From: a virus
Direction: 5' to 3' (one strand)
Virus record (IMG/VR): IMGVR_UViG_3300050821_008607
Coordinates: 34,184-98,183 of that record
DNA length: 64,000 nucleotides
This document shows positions 61,081 to 64,000 of this stretch, piece by piece. A program made the position numbers and the translations under genes. Each line of letters starts with the position of its first letter. The first letter of the stretch is position 1. The notes under the pieces are model-generated. The model ran no database searches. It was not told the DNA's origin and saw only the letters and a list, made by a program, of their open reading frames with translations.

Positions 61081-63671
61081 AGCCGCCGCTGGACACCGAC
61101 CTGCACCTGCCCGCCGTGCTCTCCCGCGAGCAGGCCGCCGAACGCCTGCTGGAGCTGCTGGCCGACCCCGACGATGCTGACCGGATCTGGGACGAGATCA
61201 TCGGCTCGCTGTACGACTCCCGGCAGTGGAGCTCCCAGTGGCGGAACGGCCACTGCCGACACTGCCGCGTAGAGCACCCGGCGTGGTGGGCGCAGCGTCA
61301 CCCGGCCGACCGGCAGTGGCCCGGCCACCGCACGTACTGTCCTCGCTACGTCGGCCCACTGGAGCACCACGAGACCGGCGGCCACCACGCCTTCATGGGC
61401 TGGCGGCAGGGCTGCTCGTGCGGGCAGTCCTGGCTGCAGTACGACGACGAGGGCAACAAGCAGACCTGCCCCGATGCCGCGCTGGACTGGCGCGGGCCGC
61501 GACCCGAGGCGGGGCAGTGACCGAAGCGACTGAAGACCCGACCTGCCTGTGCTGCACCCTGGGCAACCACACCGAGCCCTGCACCTGCGACGGCGGCGAC
61601 TGCTGCCACCCCGAACAGCACCGCGAGGAGACGACGTGACCGACGTGCCGCCCCAGTTGCTCACCACCCCCGGCCCGCACCCGATCTCAGCGGTCCGCCC
61701 CCAGACCCCGACCATCGTCATCCCGCGCGGCGCCCCTCAAGCCCTCGTCACCATTCACCCCGACGGCACCATCGAGTTCGGGCCCGGCTACACGCCGGAG
61801 GGCGCGGCGGCCCTGTTCTGGGATGCGCTGCGGCAGGTCGCGGCCGGGAATCCGATCGCCGAGTTCGGCGCCCCGCTGTCCCGGCGTATCGACGCCGAGA
61901 TGGCTGGGCTCCTGGCCCGCGCCGAGGAGGCCGAGGCCATGCTCGCCGCCGTCCGGGCGAAGGCCACCGCTGCCGGACTGCACGGCATCCTCGCGCTGCT
62001 CGACCCGCCGCCGCCCGCATGCCCGCGCTGCCACGGGCGCGGGAAGGTCCCCGACTGGTCGCAGGGCCTGGATCCGATCTACGGCGAGCCCAAGGGCAAG
62101 CCGTGCCCCGACTGCCAGGAGACGCCAGCGTGACCGATCCCCAGCTCCCCGCCGAGCATGCCGGGTACGCGATCCGCTGGGAGCCGTGGCAGACACGGGC
62201 CGCGTGCGGGCGCGACCTGGTGCCGCAGGACTGTAGCCTCTGCGGCCAGACGACGCCCCACGAGCGCACCCTCGGCCGCGTAGACGGCTCCACGGCCGTC
62301 CGGGCCAGCGCGCTGCGGTGCATGCTCTGTGGCGGCGTCCGGGCGCTCTGGCGCGAAGACCCGGTGCCGGGTGCGGCGAGGGGAAAGCTGGTGCCGCTGC
62401 GCACCGGCGCGCACGTAGAAGCATTCACCGCCGAGGAGACCCCAGTATGACCGAGCCGTTCAGCCTCACCACCCGCACCCCGGCCGGGAAGATCCGCTAC
62501 GCCGTCGAGCAGCTGTCCGGCGTGCACGCGCAGTCCTCTGCCGGGCAGACGAAGCTGATCGCCGTACGGATGATCCTCGACCGGCTCGCCGACGACCTGG
62601 ACGCCGGGACGATCCCCGCCACGCCGATCTGCGGGGACGTGTTCCAGTCCGGCATCACCGACCGGGCGCAGGGCCCGTGCCTCAAGCCGCCCGGCCATGA
62701 TCCGGCTGACCCGTGGCATCAGGACGACACCGGGTGCCGCTGGAGGCCGACCGGAGACGCCCCGTTGCGCACCCCCGCAACGCCCGAGGCCACGCCGTTG
62801 CCTACCCAGGCAACGCCCCCCGACTGCCGCTGGCCCGGATGCCTGCCGGAGGCGGAGCAGCAGCAGCTCGCCGACGACATCGGCGCGGACATGCGCGGCG
62901 AGGCGACGGAGCCGGGGGACGATCCGCAACCGGGGTGCGGGTGCGTCGACCGGGGCGTCGACGTTGAGCCGTTGCCTACCTCCGCAACGCAGGCCAGCGC
63001 CTGCGCCTGGGTGTTGCGCGCCGTCGTGGCCGCCCCGACGCCGGAGGACGCCGAGCGCTGGACAGGCGGCATCCGGGACCTGGTGCTCGCCGAGTTCGGG
63101 GACTCCATGGGGCTCGACATCAGCATCGGGCCGGTGGCGGCGGACCGTGGCACTGTCGGTGAGTCGTGATCTGCGGCGTCGCGAACGAGGACGGATACCG
63201 GGTCGTCTGCCAGGACGAGGACCCGCACCACCGCAGTCCACACCTCGCGGCAGGCGGCGGCCCCGGGATTGTCGGCGTCGCCTGGTGTACGCCACCGGAG
63301 CCGTGCCGGGGAGGCATGTGCGCCGGGCCGTGCCACGCGCTCGACGGGCGCAGTGCTGGCGGTGGGACGTGACCGCCGCCGTACGCGCACTCCTGGCGGC
63401 CGTGTACACGCCGCTGCTCGTCGCGGCCACCGTCCCGCCCGTGACCGTCGTGACGCTGCTCCTGGTGCCCGCCTACAGCTGGCAGGGCCCGCTGCTCGCC
63501 TTCGCCCTCGGCGGCGTGTGCGGGGCGGTCGGCGGACTGGCCGAGGAGCACGTGCTGGACTGGGCGGTGCCGCAGCTCACGCTGGCGTTCACCCCGCTGC
63601 TTCCGCCGTCCGGCGGAACCCCCGAGACCGGCGGGCAATCCCGCCCGCAAGATGGAAGGATCGCACCATGA
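61077..63671 (+). other. run of coupled hypothetical genes, mostly Cys-rich (61077-61520, 61517-61639, 61636-62133, 62130-62450, 62447-63169, 63166-63372, 63369-63671 membrane)
   Basis: GTGA/ATGA overlaps, most with a GGAG RBS. Confidence 0.6.
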
Positions 63672-63832
63672 ACGCTACGAAGAACCGCACCGAGGCCGCT
63701 CCCGGCCGCCGCCCGCTGGCCCGGCTCGCCGACGACAAGATGCGCGCCGGCACCACCCCGCTGCTCGGGCGGCTGCTGCGCGAGACCGGGCGCAAGTCGA
63801 TCGAGGTCGCGGCGTTCGCCAGCTCCGTGTGA
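63668..63832 (+). CDS. FxSxx-COOH-type RiPP precursor-like peptide
   Basis: 54 aa, PLARLA...LLGRLL...VAAFASSV-stop; RBS GGAAGGA. Confidence 0.72.
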   Translation: MNATKNRTEAAPGRRPLARLADDKMRAGTTPLLGRLLRETGRKSIEVAAFASSV

Positions 63833-64000
63833 CCGTGCCCGACCCACAGGCGCTCCCTGGTGCACCACTGCCCGGGGAGCGTCTGCCTGTGCCGTGCGAG
63901 GGGCCCGGCTGCGGCAGGCTGCTGACGGACCCGGAGTCGGTGCTGCACCGTCGTGGTCCGCGGTGCCGGGCCGAGTTCGCCGCGCGGGGCTTCGACGTGG
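63829..64000 (+). CDS. DUF6011-like Zn-finger protein, truncated by window edge
   Basis: C...CGRLLTDPESV..R.GPRC. Confidence 0.6.
   Translation, partial: MTVPDPQALPGAPLPGERLPVPCEGPGCGRLLTDPESVLHRRGPRCRAEFAARGFDV

Overview
High-GC actinobacterial (Streptomycetaceae-like) temperate siphophage or phage-plasmid segment. No integrase or att site is visible in the window. The minus strand from 1.0 to 32 kb is a complete late region: terminase small and large subunits, a portal-NUDIX-MuF fusion, XkdF-type protease, scaffold, major capsid, neck proteins, tail tube, frameshifted tail chaperone, tape measure, several tail-tip/fibre genes including a double beta-helix spike, a membrane-protein/collagen lysis cassette and a GH25 endolysin. 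Past the terminator lies a truncated HNH-SF2 helicase fusion. From 32 to 47.6 kb (minus) are many small genes, a Streptomyces plasmid-type TraB/DUF2637 transfer module, and a self-contained unit: a 244-aa conserved protein followed by a ~340-nt structured RNA with two tandem circularly permuted tRNA-like domains (the most striking element here). The immunity switch (lipoprotein, CI-like, Cro-like) is at 50.9-52.4 kb. The plus-strand early operon (52-64 kb) encodes a replication initiator with iterons, a T4-like Rnl1/Pnkp RNA repair pair, an LAXTG mini-protein plus HasA/NodC-like GT2 synthase, HAD and nucleotidyltransferase genes, and an orphan FxSxx-COOH RiPP-precursor-like peptide. All family names come from motif recognition by eye, not from database searches.
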